Assembly (NCBI GenBank): GCA_045568075.1
Contig: JBJLBP010000001.1
Coordinates: 120,001-152,000 of the forward strand
From: Candidatus Thalassarchaeaceae archaeon
GTDB taxonomy: Archaea; Thermoplasmatota; Poseidoniia; Poseidoniales; Thalassarchaeaceae
Direction of reading: 5' to 3'
DNA: 32,000 nt
The notes under the pieces were generated by a model that was not told where the DNA came from, searched no databases, and saw only the letters and a list, made by a program, of their open reading frames with translations. The position numbers were made by a program, and so were the translations under genes. Shown here piece after piece: positions 23,499-31,933 of the stretch (the first letter of the stretch is position 1; every line of letters starts with the position of its first letter).

Positions 23499-25637
23499 GT
23501 GAGTAGGATTGCTACGGCGGCCTTCATGGTATTTTTCCTCTTGATTTCGATGCTTCCGATGGAGCATTCAACAAGTCTTGAGGAAGACTCTGGAATTTTC
23601 TATACTACCAACTCAAATGATGGCTACAGTGCAATTGAGTACACCGATGAGCATACAACGATCAGTATCGGGCCATCGAATCGGCAAGCGAATCTTAGGA
23701 TGCCTGGAAATCACGACTACAGTAGACCATTGCCTCTGGTAGTTTCGTTGCATGGTTACAGCGGAAATGGTTGGTCCAATGCGGCCTATATGCACCATTT
23801 TGACAGCATTCACGAAAATGAGCACCTTCTCCTCTACCCTGATGGTACAATCAATCTAGTAGGGATGCGTTACTGGAATGCTACTGATGGATGTTGTCAG
23901 TTTAGTGGCGATGTTGATGATGCAAATTACCTTCTGAACCTGATTAACGAGGCTATACAAAACTACGGAGCAGACCCCGATGGCATCGTGATCACAGGTC
24001 TATCAAATGGTGGATTCATGAGTCATAGGATGGCTTGTGACGCGGGTGGTTCTATTCGTGCAATCGTCGCACTGAACGGAGTCACATGGGATGATTTCAG
24101 CAAATGTCCAGATACCGGTAGACCAGATATTCTCCACGTTCATTCAACCGCTGATACAGTAATCGCCTACAATGGTGGTGCGATTTGGGGGAGTGATTAC
24201 CCCTCTGCTACCGAGACTGTTGGATATTGGGCCGACCGATCTGGATGTGATTCAACATGGACGTATCTAGGAACTAGAGATTTGTCGGGTAATGACGGAG
24301 TCGAAGAGAGTGATGAGTTTGAATTCCTCAATTGCAACTCTGGAAACCGAGTTGCTCATTGGAGAATCAATGGGGGTAGTCACGTACCGTCGCTAAATGA
24401 CCCAGGGTGGGCAAACCAGAGCATTGATTGGGCTCTATCTGGGTTCGTTCGAGATTCCGATGGAGATAGCTATCGTGACGATGTAGATGCTTTCATCTAC
24501 AATCCAAATGAATGGGCAGACGCCGATGGTGACTTAGTCGGAGATAACACAGACCAATGCGACCAAGACCCGAATGGCTGGGATGATTCGGATGGAGATG
24601 GCGTCTGCGTACCTGACGACCTGTTCCCAGATGATTCTAACGAGTGGTCGGATGCAGATGGAGATGGAATTGGAGATAATGGCGATCCCGATGATGATAA
24701 CGACGGCTTTGATGACGACGTAGATGCCTTCCCCTTAGATTCGAGCGAGTGGTATGATACCGATGAGGACGGTATAGGGAATAATGCCGATTCCGATGAT
24801 GATTCTGATGGGTGGCTGGATTCGGAAGATGCCTTCCCACTCGATGCAAGTGAGTGGGCGGACTTTGACGAGGATGGAATTGGCGACAATGCAGACTTGG
24901 ATGACGATAATGATGGATGGGCTGACCTAGACGAGGTAAGTTGTGAGACAAATCCTAACGATGATTCTCACATTCCACTAGACTCTGATGAAGACGGAAT
25001 CTGCGATCTAGTGGATTCGGATGACGATGACGATGGAATTGATGACTATCAGGACGTTTTTCCACTTAATCCAGAAGAGTGGTTTGATAGTGATGAGGAC
25101 GGATTTGGGGATAATTCGGATGTATTTCCTGCTGACGACTCGGAATGGTTAGATTCGGATGAGGATGGAGTTGGCGACAACTCCGATGTCTTCCCGAATG
25201 ACCCTACCGAATGGGGCGACATTGATGGAGATGGAATTGGCGACAATATCGACGAATTTCCTGAGGATAGGAGTGAATGGATAGATTCCGATTCCGATGG
25301 AGTCGGAGATAATGGCGACGCGTTTCCCAATGATCCCTCTGAAACCACAGATACTGATTTAGACGGCGTCGGAGATAATTCCGATGTATTTCCCACCTAC
25401 CCTTCGGAATGGATAGATTCCGACGAAGATGGCTTCGGCGACAATTCTGATGCTTTTCCAAGTGACCCCGACGAATGGTTGGATACCGATGGAGATGGTT
25501 ACGGCGATAACCGAGATTGGGCCCCTTTTGATTCGAAAGTATGGGATGAGCCTCCAGATAACACGATTATGATCGTGGGTGGAATTATCGTTCTAATTGT
25601 CGGCGTTCTTGTCTATACAGGTCGGCGGCAGGCTTGA
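23499..25637 (+). CDS. Secreted, membrane-anchored esterase (PHB-depolymerase/LpqC-like alpha/beta hydrolase) fused to Asp-rich thrombospondin-type-3-like calcium-binding repeats
   Basis: N-terminal hydrophobic signal 'AAFMVFFLLISMLPM'. The esterase core has 'PLPLVVSLHGYSGNG', 'YWNATDGCC' and the nucleophile elbow 'ITGLSNGGFMSHRMAC'. About 12 units of D-x-F-P-x-D-x-x-E-W-x-D-x-D-x-D-G-x-G-D-N-x-D follow. C-terminal TM anchor 'IMIVGGIIVLIVGVLVYTGRRQA'. GTG start. Confidence 0.85.
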   Translation: MSRIATAAFMVFFLLISMLPMEHSTSLEEDSGIFYTTNSNDGYSAIEYTDEHTTISIGPSNRQANLRMPGNHDYSRPLPLVVSLHGYSGNGWSNAAYMHHFDSIHENEHLLLYPDGTINLVGMRYWNATDGCCQFSGDVDDANYLLNLINEAIQNYGADPDGIVITGLSNGGFMSHRMACDAGGSIRAIVALNGVTWDDFSKCPDTGRPDILHVHSTADTVIAYNGGAIWGSDYPSATETVGYWADRSGCDSTWTYLGTRDLSGNDGVEESDEFEFLNCNSGNRVAHWRINGGSHVPSLNDPGWANQSIDWALSGFVRDSDGDSYRDDVDAFIYNPNEWADADGDLVGDNTDQCDQDPNGWDDSDGDGVCVPDDLFPDDSNEWSDADGDGIGDNGDPDDDNDGFDDDVDAFPLDSSEWYDTDEDGIGNNADSDDDSDGWLDSEDAFPLDASEWADFDEDGIGDNADLDDDNDGWADLDEVSCETNPNDDSHIPLDSDEDGICDLVDSDDDDDGIDDYQDVFPLNPEEWFDSDEDGFGDNSDVFPADDSEWLDSDEDGVGDNSDVFPNDPTEWGDIDGDGIGDNIDEFPEDRSEWIDSDSDGVGDNGDAFPNDPSETTDTDLDGVGDNSDVFPTYPSEWIDSDEDGFGDNSDAFPSDPDEWLDTDGDGYGDNRDWAPFDSKVWDEPPDNTIMIVGGIIVLIVGVLVYTGRRQA
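24453..25540 (+). repeat. Imperfect tandem coding repeats (about 66-90 nt units, about 12 copies) encoding DxDxDG-type acidic motifs
   Basis: Read directly. Units recur as 'DAFPLDSSEWYDTDEDGIGNN', 'DVFPADDSEWLDSDEDGVGDNS', 'DVFPNDPTEWGDIDGDGIGDNI', 'DAFPSDPDEWLDTDGDGYGDNR' and similar. Nucleotide strings such as gatggagatggaattgg(c/a)ga(c/t)aat recur. Confidence 0.9.
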
Positions 25638-25661
25638 GTGCCTACCTGCACTTCACCCACC

Positions 25662-26018
25662 ATGGAATGGCTAAAGCTAGTCGGTAAAGGACTGTTTTCT
25701 GGAGCGGTGATTGTAGCAGCGAGTGAGTTGGCAAAGAAGTCGTCAGCGTTCGGTGCATTGGTGGTCTCACTGCCGTTGACAAGCATCATGGCGATGTCTG
25801 TTCTGTATCAAGACACGAAGGATACTGCTCGGGTTGCCGATTTTGCTGAGGGAATTCTCTGGCTAGTCTTCCCCTCCCTCGTACTCTTCGTGATATTGCC
25901 TCAAATGCTCAGACGAGGCTATGAATTTGAGGTCGCGATGGCTGTTGGGATTTTAGGAACAATCGTAGCTTACGGTATCGGAATTTGGGCAGCACAATCC
26001 TTTGGAGACATCAGTTGA
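25662..26018 (+). CDS. DUF3147-like small membrane protein
   Basis: Four hydrophobic helices. 'LKLVGKGLFSGAVIVAASELAKKSSAFGALVVSLPLTSIMAM' resembles the DUF3147 pattern (recalled from memory). ATG at 25662; the track GTG at 25638 abuts the upstream stop. Confidence 0.65.
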   Translation: MEWLKLVGKGLFSGAVIVAASELAKKSSAFGALVVSLPLTSIMAMSVLYQDTKDTARVADFAEGILWLVFPSLVLFVILPQMLRRGYEFEVAMAVGILGTIVAYGIGIWAAQSFGDIS

Positions 26019-26025
26019 ATACTCC

Positions 26026-27303
26026 TCAGAGGCTAGTAAGACCCTCGTCGAGAAGGCTCAATGTTATCTCGACATCCTCCTCATTGAGCACCATCGGTGG
26101 CTTGATTTTGATAACATTGTGAAGTGGGCCGTCTGTGCTCATCAACACACCCCGATCGCGCATGAAATCGACTAATGCCTGAGCTTCATCGGCCGCTGGC
26201 TCCAAGGTATCCGGGTCTCTAACCATCTCAAAACCTAGGAACAAACCTCGACCGCGAACATCACCGATGATTGGATGTCTGAGTTGTAACTCTCGAAGGC
26301 CTTCGATAAAGCGTCCTCCGAGGTCCCTCGCTCGACCCATCAAGTCTCGATCTTCTATCTCATCGAGCACGGCCATACCGGTCGCGCACGATACTGGATT
26401 ACCCCCAAAAGTACAGAAGAATTCCATCTCCTCAAATGAGGAAGCGATCTCTGGAGTCGTGAACACGGCTGCCATCGGATGGCCATTACCAATCGGTTTG
26501 CCCATCGTCACAATATCTGGAATCACGTCGTGTTCAGTGAAGGCCCACATGTCATCCCCAACGCGGCCGAATCCGACCTGAACCTCATCCGCTATACACA
26601 CACCTCCGGCCGCCCTAACACTCTCAAAAACAGGAGCTAGGTAGCCTGCAGGAAGAGGTATCTGGCCGCCACAAGAAAGCATCGATTCAATGAGTAGTGC
26701 CCCTATTCCTGCATCAGATTCAGCCTGCTCAATCACCTCAATAGCCTCACTAACAAAGTCACGATTACCGCCACGATATACATCGGGGAGAGGCATCACA
26801 TGGACCCAAGGCTCCGGTTCGCCTGCCCCGCCGGGGCCACGGAATTTGTACGGACTCAAATCGACCAATTGTCCTGTATTGCCGTGGTATGCCCCCTCGA
26901 CAACTACTACGTCACGAACTCCTGTATGGCAGCGAGCCAAGCGTAGAGCCAATTCGTTTGCCTCGCTACCAGAATTCACTAGAAAACCGACACTCAAAGG
27001 CTCAGGCAAAGTCGCTGCTAAGCGCTCAAGATAATCGGTCAATCCAGGATACACATAGCGCGTATTCGTGTTAAGCAGAGCCATTTGGTTCGCCCCAGCA
27101 GCAACGACCCTCGGGTTCGCATGCCCGACATGACATACATTGTTCACAAGATCCAGATATCTGGTTCCATCGTCCGCAAACAGATATTGCATCTCACCGC
27201 GGACGATGTGAAGGGGTTGACCATGAGCAATCGAGAGCGCCTTGCCGAGATGCTTTTCGCGAGCAGCGAGCAACTCGTCCAGACGGCGCCCCTCATCATT
27301 CAT
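26026..27303 (-). CDS. Class III PLP-dependent aminotransferase-fold enzyme of the AGXT2L type (phospho-lyase-like)
   Basis: '[30 protein letters not shown]', '[15 protein letters not shown]', '[17 protein letters not shown]', '[12 protein letters not shown]', 'DEVQVGFGR' and PLP-Lys '[11 protein letters not shown]' closely parallel my recollection of ETNPPL/PHYKPL-type proteins. I trimmed the start to the ATG at 27303 ('[12 protein letters not shown]'). Confidence 0.88.
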   Translation of the reverse strand: MNDEGRRLDELLAAREKHLGKALSIAHGQPLHIVRGEMQYLFADDGTRYLDLVNNVCHVGHANPRVVAAGANQMALLNTNTRYVYPGLTDYLERLAATLPEPLSVGFLVNSGSEANELALRLARCHTGVRDVVVVEGAYHGNTGQLVDLSPYKFRGPGGAGEPEPWVHVMPLPDVYRGGNRDFVSEAIEVIEQAESDAGIGALLIESMLSCGGQIPLPAGYLAPVFESVRAAGGVCIADEVQVGFGRVGDDMWAFTEHDVIPDIVTMGKPIGNGHPMAAVFTTPEIASSFEEMEFFCTFGGNPVSCATGMAVLDEIEDRDLMGRARDLGGRFIEGLRELQLRHPIIGDVRGRGLFLGFEMVRDPDTLEPAADEAQALVDFMRDRGVLMSTDGPLHNVIKIKPPMVLNEEDVEITLSLLDEGLTSL

Positions 27304-27718
27304 CGTCGAATACCTCGATCTCAACCTGGCGCTTGACAAGGTCGGTAAAGCGAGAGGTGTAGCGGGTTGCGCGGACGACGTGGTTGTCAATCCAGTGATA
27401 GTTTCCTCCACGAGGTTTGCCCATCAGTAAAGTGTGGTACTGAAAGTTATTCTCGGTCAGCCAACGCTCCGTCACTTCTCTATGATCCTCGGTTCTAGCT
27501 GTGAAGAAACAGATGTGATGCCCCTCGGAATACCAGCGATTGATGGTTTCGACCGCGTCGGGATAAACTTCCGCGGTCGCCATCCTCTCCGGTTCCTCAT
27601 TTGGGATGTCTTCTCCAACAGTACCATCAATGTCGATGAGGTAGTTCTTACTACCTTCAGGCAGGACTGGACTCACCTTGTTACCGTCCTCGTCGACGGT
27701 GTCGATGAGTTTGCTCAT
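27296..27718 (-). CDS. HAD-superfamily phosphatase-like protein (140 aa)
   Basis: Motif I 'LIDIDGTV' (DxDxT), motif II 'CFFTAR' and motif III Lys in 'MGKPRGG'. Its stop (27296-27298) and the downstream ATG (27303-27301) sit within ATGAATGA, indicating tight coupling. Confidence 0.7.
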   Translation of the reverse strand: MSKLIDTVDEDGNKVSPVLPEGSKNYLIDIDGTVGEDIPNEEPERMATAEVYPDAVETINRWYSEGHHICFFTARTEDHREVTERWLTENNFQYHTLLMGKPRGGNYHWIDNHVVRATRYTSRFTDLVKRQVEIEVFDDE

Positions 27719-27826
27719 GCCGTAGCCTCCTGCGACGACCGTCCTTCAATGAGATGGCTGGTGCATCTCCATTCTGTATAGGTCAAAGCACGAATTTAGT
27801 GAGTGAGGCGAGGTTTGTATTAACCA

Positions 27827-27863
27827 CATATATTCCCGAATGTGGAAGCGCGAATCCGGATTC
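27827..27863 (+). promoter_or_regulatory. TATA-like box (CATATATT, 27827-27834) followed by the 12-bp perfect palindrome GAATCCGGATTC (27852-27863) upstream of the DDAH-like gene
   Basis: Read directly. The palindrome is self-complementary over all 12 bp. It sits about 20-30 nt downstream of the TATA-like element and 36-47 nt upstream of the ATG at 27899. CGAAT pentamers recur at 27837, 27851 and 27864. The operator role is an inference. Confidence 0.3.
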
Positions 27864-27898
27864 CGAATAGTTATCAAGAGGATGTCGGACGGACGACC

Positions 27899-28696
27899 AT
27901 GCCTGGGGCATACGACAGGAGTCGTCAGGGTGCAGTCGTCCGAGAAATCTCGGCTAATTTTGACGAGGCTTTGTCTAAATTCTTCGGGACGCAAACGCCC
28001 AATCCTGTCGCCGCTCAGGGCGCTCATGATGCATACGTCGCTGCGCTGCGCGCACACGGAACTGAGGTCACAATCCTACCCAGCCTAGACGAACACCCTG
28101 ATTGCTGCTTTGTTGAGGATACGGCTGTAATGATTGATGGGAAGGTGATTGTTCCCAATATGGGCCATCCATCTCGTGAAGGGGAGCAGGTCGATGTCGC
28201 CAATCATTTGGGTCAGACGGCCGAGATCGTACAGATGCCCGCTGGAGCTACCTTGGATGGAGGTGATGTGATCTTCTTTGACGATCGCTACCTCGTCGGG
28301 CTATCGACGAGGACTAATTTGGCCGGTGCAGAGTTCCTCGCGGAGCATGTCCGCGCGGATGATTTTGAGGTGGAGTTCATCGATATCCCCTCCTCAACCC
28401 TCCACCTCACCACCGTTTGTTCCTCCCCTCGTGAAGGGATGCTCCTCGCTGCTGAGGGTCATCTGACTCCTTCTCAAATTGAGCCTCTAACTGAGGATGT
28501 GATTTGGGTTCCAAACGAGGAAACTTATGCCGCGAATACGATTGGGTATAGAGGCGACCGAGTAATCATCGCTGATGGTTTTTCATTCACTCGTCAGGCG
28601 CTGCTCGACGAAGGATTCCGCCTGACGAGCGTCGACATGAATGAGATAATGCAGGCTGATGGTTCACTCACATGTCTCTCGGTCTTCAGCGCTTGA
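27899..28696 (+). CDS. Dimethylarginine dimethylaminohydrolase (DDAH)-like amidinotransferase-superfamily enzyme
   Basis: 'HPDCCFVEDTAVMIDGKVIV', 'LDGGDVIFFDDRYLVGLSTRTN', 'LHLTTVC' and the C-terminal catalytic-Cys motif 'DGSLTCLSV'. I prefer the ATG at 27899; the track GTG is at 27842. Confidence 0.85.
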   Translation: MPGAYDRSRQGAVVREISANFDEALSKFFGTQTPNPVAAQGAHDAYVAALRAHGTEVTILPSLDEHPDCCFVEDTAVMIDGKVIVPNMGHPSREGEQVDVANHLGQTAEIVQMPAGATLDGGDVIFFDDRYLVGLSTRTNLAGAEFLAEHVRADDFEVEFIDIPSSTLHLTTVCSSPREGMLLAAEGHLTPSQIEPLTEDVIWVPNEETYAANTIGYRGDRVIIADGFSFTRQALLDEGFRLTSVDMNEIMQADGSLTCLSVFSA

Positions 28697-28765
28697 AGAT
28701 CTGTTCGAGTATATGTTGTAAATGAGCGCTGGAGCCGGCGGTTTCAACAACGGACCTGCGGTCCG

Positions 28766-30490
28766 TTGCACATGCGCTCGCGCGAGTCAGCGGCCATTTC
28801 GATGGTTCTGTTGATGTTGCTGACTCCGCTGAGTGGATGCTTCGGCGGCGAGACAGGGGCTCCAGGCCCAGACGATCTCGACGTGAGGGCATCAAGCGAC
28901 GCCGCCGGATTCTTCGTCGACTACACATTCGAAGCCGATGCGGCGATGTCGGTCTTCATCCCATATCTTCTGATGGATCCAATGACGCAATTCGTACAGA
29001 ATTCGACCGTCATCGATCTAGAAAACGGAGGGAGCGAAACTATCGCGATTCTTGCGCCGCCCCGAACCGAATCGATGCTATTCATGGTCGGTGAACCAGG
29101 GAGAGAAAATTGGCCTGTGAGGAATCAGGAGGAGTCTTGGACAACTTGGTTTGGTCACGGAGGCTCAGACGGAAATGGCCCTGATGCGATAGTGAGGGTC
29201 GTCGCCGAGAATACTACATTCGATACTGTAAACACCAGCGCCGATACAGGCGGTGCAGTTGGAATCAAGACGGTGAATATCCAACGTGCGATGGACATTG
29301 GTATCGAACAAGGTGGAGCGCACTCAACGGGATTATTGCACGGCAGAACTGTCTACGATCGGCTTTACGAAATTACCGACCCGGCCAATACATTCGATCT
29401 GGTCGATGGGAAGGCTGGATACTACGATAGATGGGCTGGACAAGGAAATCCAGCCTATGAAGATGCAGCGCAGTACCTCATTCAGGAATTGTCTTCCTTC
29501 GGGTTGGAGGTTCGACAACACCGCTATGAATTCACCGATATCTTCCAAGTTCAGAATCCTGAGGCGTACAATATCTGTGCTTACAAATGGGGTAGCGAAG
29601 CGGTCAATGAATGGTTGGTCTTTGGAGCCCACTTCGACGTCGCTCCACCTGCAAATGCGGTCCTCCTAGACCCTCATACCACAGGCTCACGAACCTACGG
29701 GACCCGTGTCGGAGCCTACGACAATACCGCTGGAACTTCGATGGTTCTCGAGACTGCGCGCGTCCTCGCTGAGTTCGAGAGTCGCCGAACCATGGTTTTC
29801 TGTTTGTGGTCCGGAGAAGAAGGTGGAAAGCGCGGTTCGGATTACTGGACAGAATACTACGTAGCAGAGGATAATCCAGATGTTACAGTTACGAATTACA
29901 TCAATCTCGACATGGCTGGAGTCAATTGGCCGGGTGGTGGCGGGGCCCCTCACGGAGATCCTGACCCACAAATCGACGAGGACGGATATCCGAAAGATAC
30001 CGAGGTCTGGCCGATGCGAGTCTACATCGGCCCAGGGCCTAACCACGATCACCTCGATCAGCCCGGAATGGTGGGGTTGTCCAACTGGATAGGTTCGGAC
30101 GCCCTAGGATTAGAGGAGCAAATGGGGACTCTGGTCGGAACCAACTACTCCGCGGACACTTGGAAGACTGATGTTTGGTTGGATATGGATAGGCCGGAAA
30201 TAATCGTCTACGAGGATACCACGGCCCGAAGCGACCACGCCAGCTTCCAAGACAATCTCGGGACGGTTACTGTTGGATTCGGTGGCTTGGTGGATGGTTA
30301 TTGGTGCTATCACCAGACTTGTGACACCCTCCAAGAGATGGAGGAGTGGATGGACACTACAGGCAAGGATTACGGCGAGGATAACACAGGCGTGGCCAAC
30401 CTCGTCAACAGCCTCGACATGATTACGTGGTGGGCGCTGATGACCTTCTTCCATTGCGACGAGAAGCCGGTTCTCAATGCACTAGAATGA
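28766..30490 (+). CDS. Secreted M28-family metallopeptidase (aminopeptidase), lipoprotein-type signal
   Basis: M28 zinc ligand set: 'GAHFDV', 'GAYDNTAGTSMVLE', 'WSGEEGGKRGS', 'NLDMAG', 'SDHASF'. N-terminal 'ISMVLLMLLTPLSGC' has a lipobox-like LSGC. The track start is TTG at 28766; an ATG lies at 28772. Confidence 0.85.
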   Translation: MHMRSRESAAISMVLLMLLTPLSGCFGGETGAPGPDDLDVRASSDAAGFFVDYTFEADAAMSVFIPYLLMDPMTQFVQNSTVIDLENGGSETIAILAPPRTESMLFMVGEPGRENWPVRNQEESWTTWFGHGGSDGNGPDAIVRVVAENTTFDTVNTSADTGGAVGIKTVNIQRAMDIGIEQGGAHSTGLLHGRTVYDRLYEITDPANTFDLVDGKAGYYDRWAGQGNPAYEDAAQYLIQELSSFGLEVRQHRYEFTDIFQVQNPEAYNICAYKWGSEAVNEWLVFGAHFDVAPPANAVLLDPHTTGSRTYGTRVGAYDNTAGTSMVLETARVLAEFESRRTMVFCLWSGEEGGKRGSDYWTEYYVAEDNPDVTVTNYINLDMAGVNWPGGGGAPHGDPDPQIDEDGYPKDTEVWPMRVYIGPGPNHDHLDQPGMVGLSNWIGSDALGLEEQMGTLVGTNYSADTWKTDVWLDMDRPEIIVYEDTTARSDHASFQDNLGTVTVGFGGLVDGYWCYHQTCDTLQEMEEWMDTTGKDYGEDNTGVANLVNSLDMITWWALMTFFHCDEKPVLNALE

Positions 30491-30491
30491 T

Positions 30492-31013
30492 TCACCACTC
30501 TATTGGGATGTGGATCTCGTTCCTGCGCATGAATGGGAGCGTTGACATTGGGTTGTCATAAACCGCTAGCTTTGCTTGCGAAGAAGGTGTTAATCCCTCG
30601 ACTTCAATCAGATTTGTTAGTTTTCTTTGCAATCTAGACACCTTGCTGGGACGAGAAAGTCCTGAGAATTTCAGAACCGCAACGACTTCTCCCTCAACGT
30701 GGAGTAAATCTACCCCTGAATCGTTGGGTATTGGCAAGTCTTCCATCTTATGCTCAGATGGCATTGTAAAGGCCATCAAGGACTCTTCTTCTGATTTCCA
30801 AATGTGAACCGGGGCGGTCATCGCAATACTTTGCTGCCGCTCGTTTCCGCCGAATATGTAGCCTGCAATCCTTCTGAAAGGCCTTGCAGCGTTTCCGTAA
30901 TCCATTCCCTGTGTTACAACTCTAGCCTGTATGGTATCGGCGTATTTTCTAACTTCGAATTTCTTGTATTTACGCAGAGTTTCATATTGCGGTTCTTCAA
31001 GATCTTCGGCCAT
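30492..31013 (-). CDS. SOUL/HEBP heme-binding family protein
   Basis: 'EEPQYETLRKYKKFEVRKYA' and 'FRRIAGYIFGGNERQQSIAMTAPV' match the SOUL family pattern. I trimmed the start to the ATG at 31013; the track extension would overlap the upstream gene. Confidence 0.8.
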   Translation of the reverse strand: MAEDLEEPQYETLRKYKKFEVRKYADTIQARVVTQGMDYGNAARPFRRIAGYIFGGNERQQSIAMTAPVHIWKSEEESLMAFTMPSEHKMEDLPIPNDSGVDLLHVEGEVVAVLKFSGLSRPSKVSRLQRKLTNLIEVEGLTPSSQAKLAVYDNPMSTLPFMRRNEIHIPIEW

Positions 31014-31021
31014 GTTAGACA

Positions 31022-31933
31022 CTACTCCAACAAGGTTGGCAAGATGTTGAGATTGAACCAAATCAACCCCGCGAATACCGAGACCCAAATCCAATACACT
31101 ACGTTTGACCAAGTCTTGACTTTTCTTCCATCAAGGGGGCCGAATGGAATCATATTGAATGCTCCAAGACCCGCATTACCCCAGCACCAGAGGTAAAGTA
31201 ATCCTCTTTCTTTCCCACCAATCAGAGAGGTAAATTCTGTGGTTTCAAGACCAAGGACAATCAAACCTATTCCAATACCCCACATGATAACATTACTCAG
31301 TGGTCCTGCTAGGGCTATTTTGCCAAATTGTTCCTTGGTTGTTTTACCCATCACCATGACGGCCCCAGGAGCCATGAAAACTACTCCGATTAAAGCGGCG
31401 AGAATGACTCCGAACCTTAGCCCGCCAGGTGATGCTCTAAATTCGGCCCAACAACCATAGTGGCGAGCTGATACCTTGTGAGCCATCTCGTGAACGATGA
31501 ATGCAGGGGCTATTGGAATTATCCAGAATATCCCGCCTCTTACGAATTCACTCGGATCATTTAGTGCTCCGAATATCCCACCCACATTCATGAAGGCGAG
31601 TGCGAGCGAGAAGGCAAGTGTCGCCTGAGTTAGATGCTCGATTTCGATTTTGGAAAAGTGCCATATTGAGCCCTTGTGAATGTAGACTCTGCGTGGTTGT
31701 GGCTCTTCACCAAATACTCGGAAGAAAGGCTGTCCGCCTTGGCCTTTGTTAGCGAAAACAACTCTGACGTGTGGCTTTCGCCAATTCCCATCATCGCGCG
31801 CACGCGTGTGACTTCCAGGAGACTGTGTGCGATCAAAGGGGTCGTCCTCGAGCCGGGAGGCGCGTGGGTCTCTCTCTGCCGACATCTGGTCATCCCCTCC
31901 CTCGCGACTCGTTTGAAGGCTCGTAGTATTCAA
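31022..31933 (-). CDS. M50/site-2-protease family membrane metalloprotease
   Basis: 'HEMAHKVSARHYG' (HExxH within a TM helix), the later 'NMIPFGPLDG' motif and multiple hydrophobic helices. The track start is TTG at 31933; an ATG lies at 31885. An N-terminal region of about 80 aa is hydrophilic. Confidence 0.85.
   Translation of the reverse strand: MNTTSLQTSREGGDDQMSAERDPRASRLEDDPFDRTQSPGSHTRARDDGNWRKPHVRVVFANKGQGGQPFFRVFGEEPQPRRVYIHKGSIWHFSKIEIEHLTQATLAFSLALAFMNVGGIFGALNDPSEFVRGGIFWIIPIAPAFIVHEMAHKVSARHYGCWAEFRASPGGLRFGVILAALIGVVFMAPGAVMVMGKTTKEQFGKIALAGPLSNVIMWGIGIGLIVLGLETTEFTSLIGGKERGLLYLWCWGNAGLGAFNMIPFGPLDGRKVKTWSNVVYWIWVSVFAGLIWFNLNILPTLLE

Noticed and set aside
23150-23527. ORFs 23150-23527 (-) and 23236-23502 (+) spanning the tRNA locus.
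   Set aside because: Both run straight through a well-folding tRNA-Leu gene and its flanks, so a protein-coding interpretation is unnecessary.
24497-25461. Four minus-strand Ser/Pro/His-rich ORFs of 85-130 aa within the acidic repeat region.
   Set aside because: They are mirror images of the GAT/GAC-rich repeat codons. They have no independent start context, and the plus-strand frame is continuous with esterase and TM-anchor domains.
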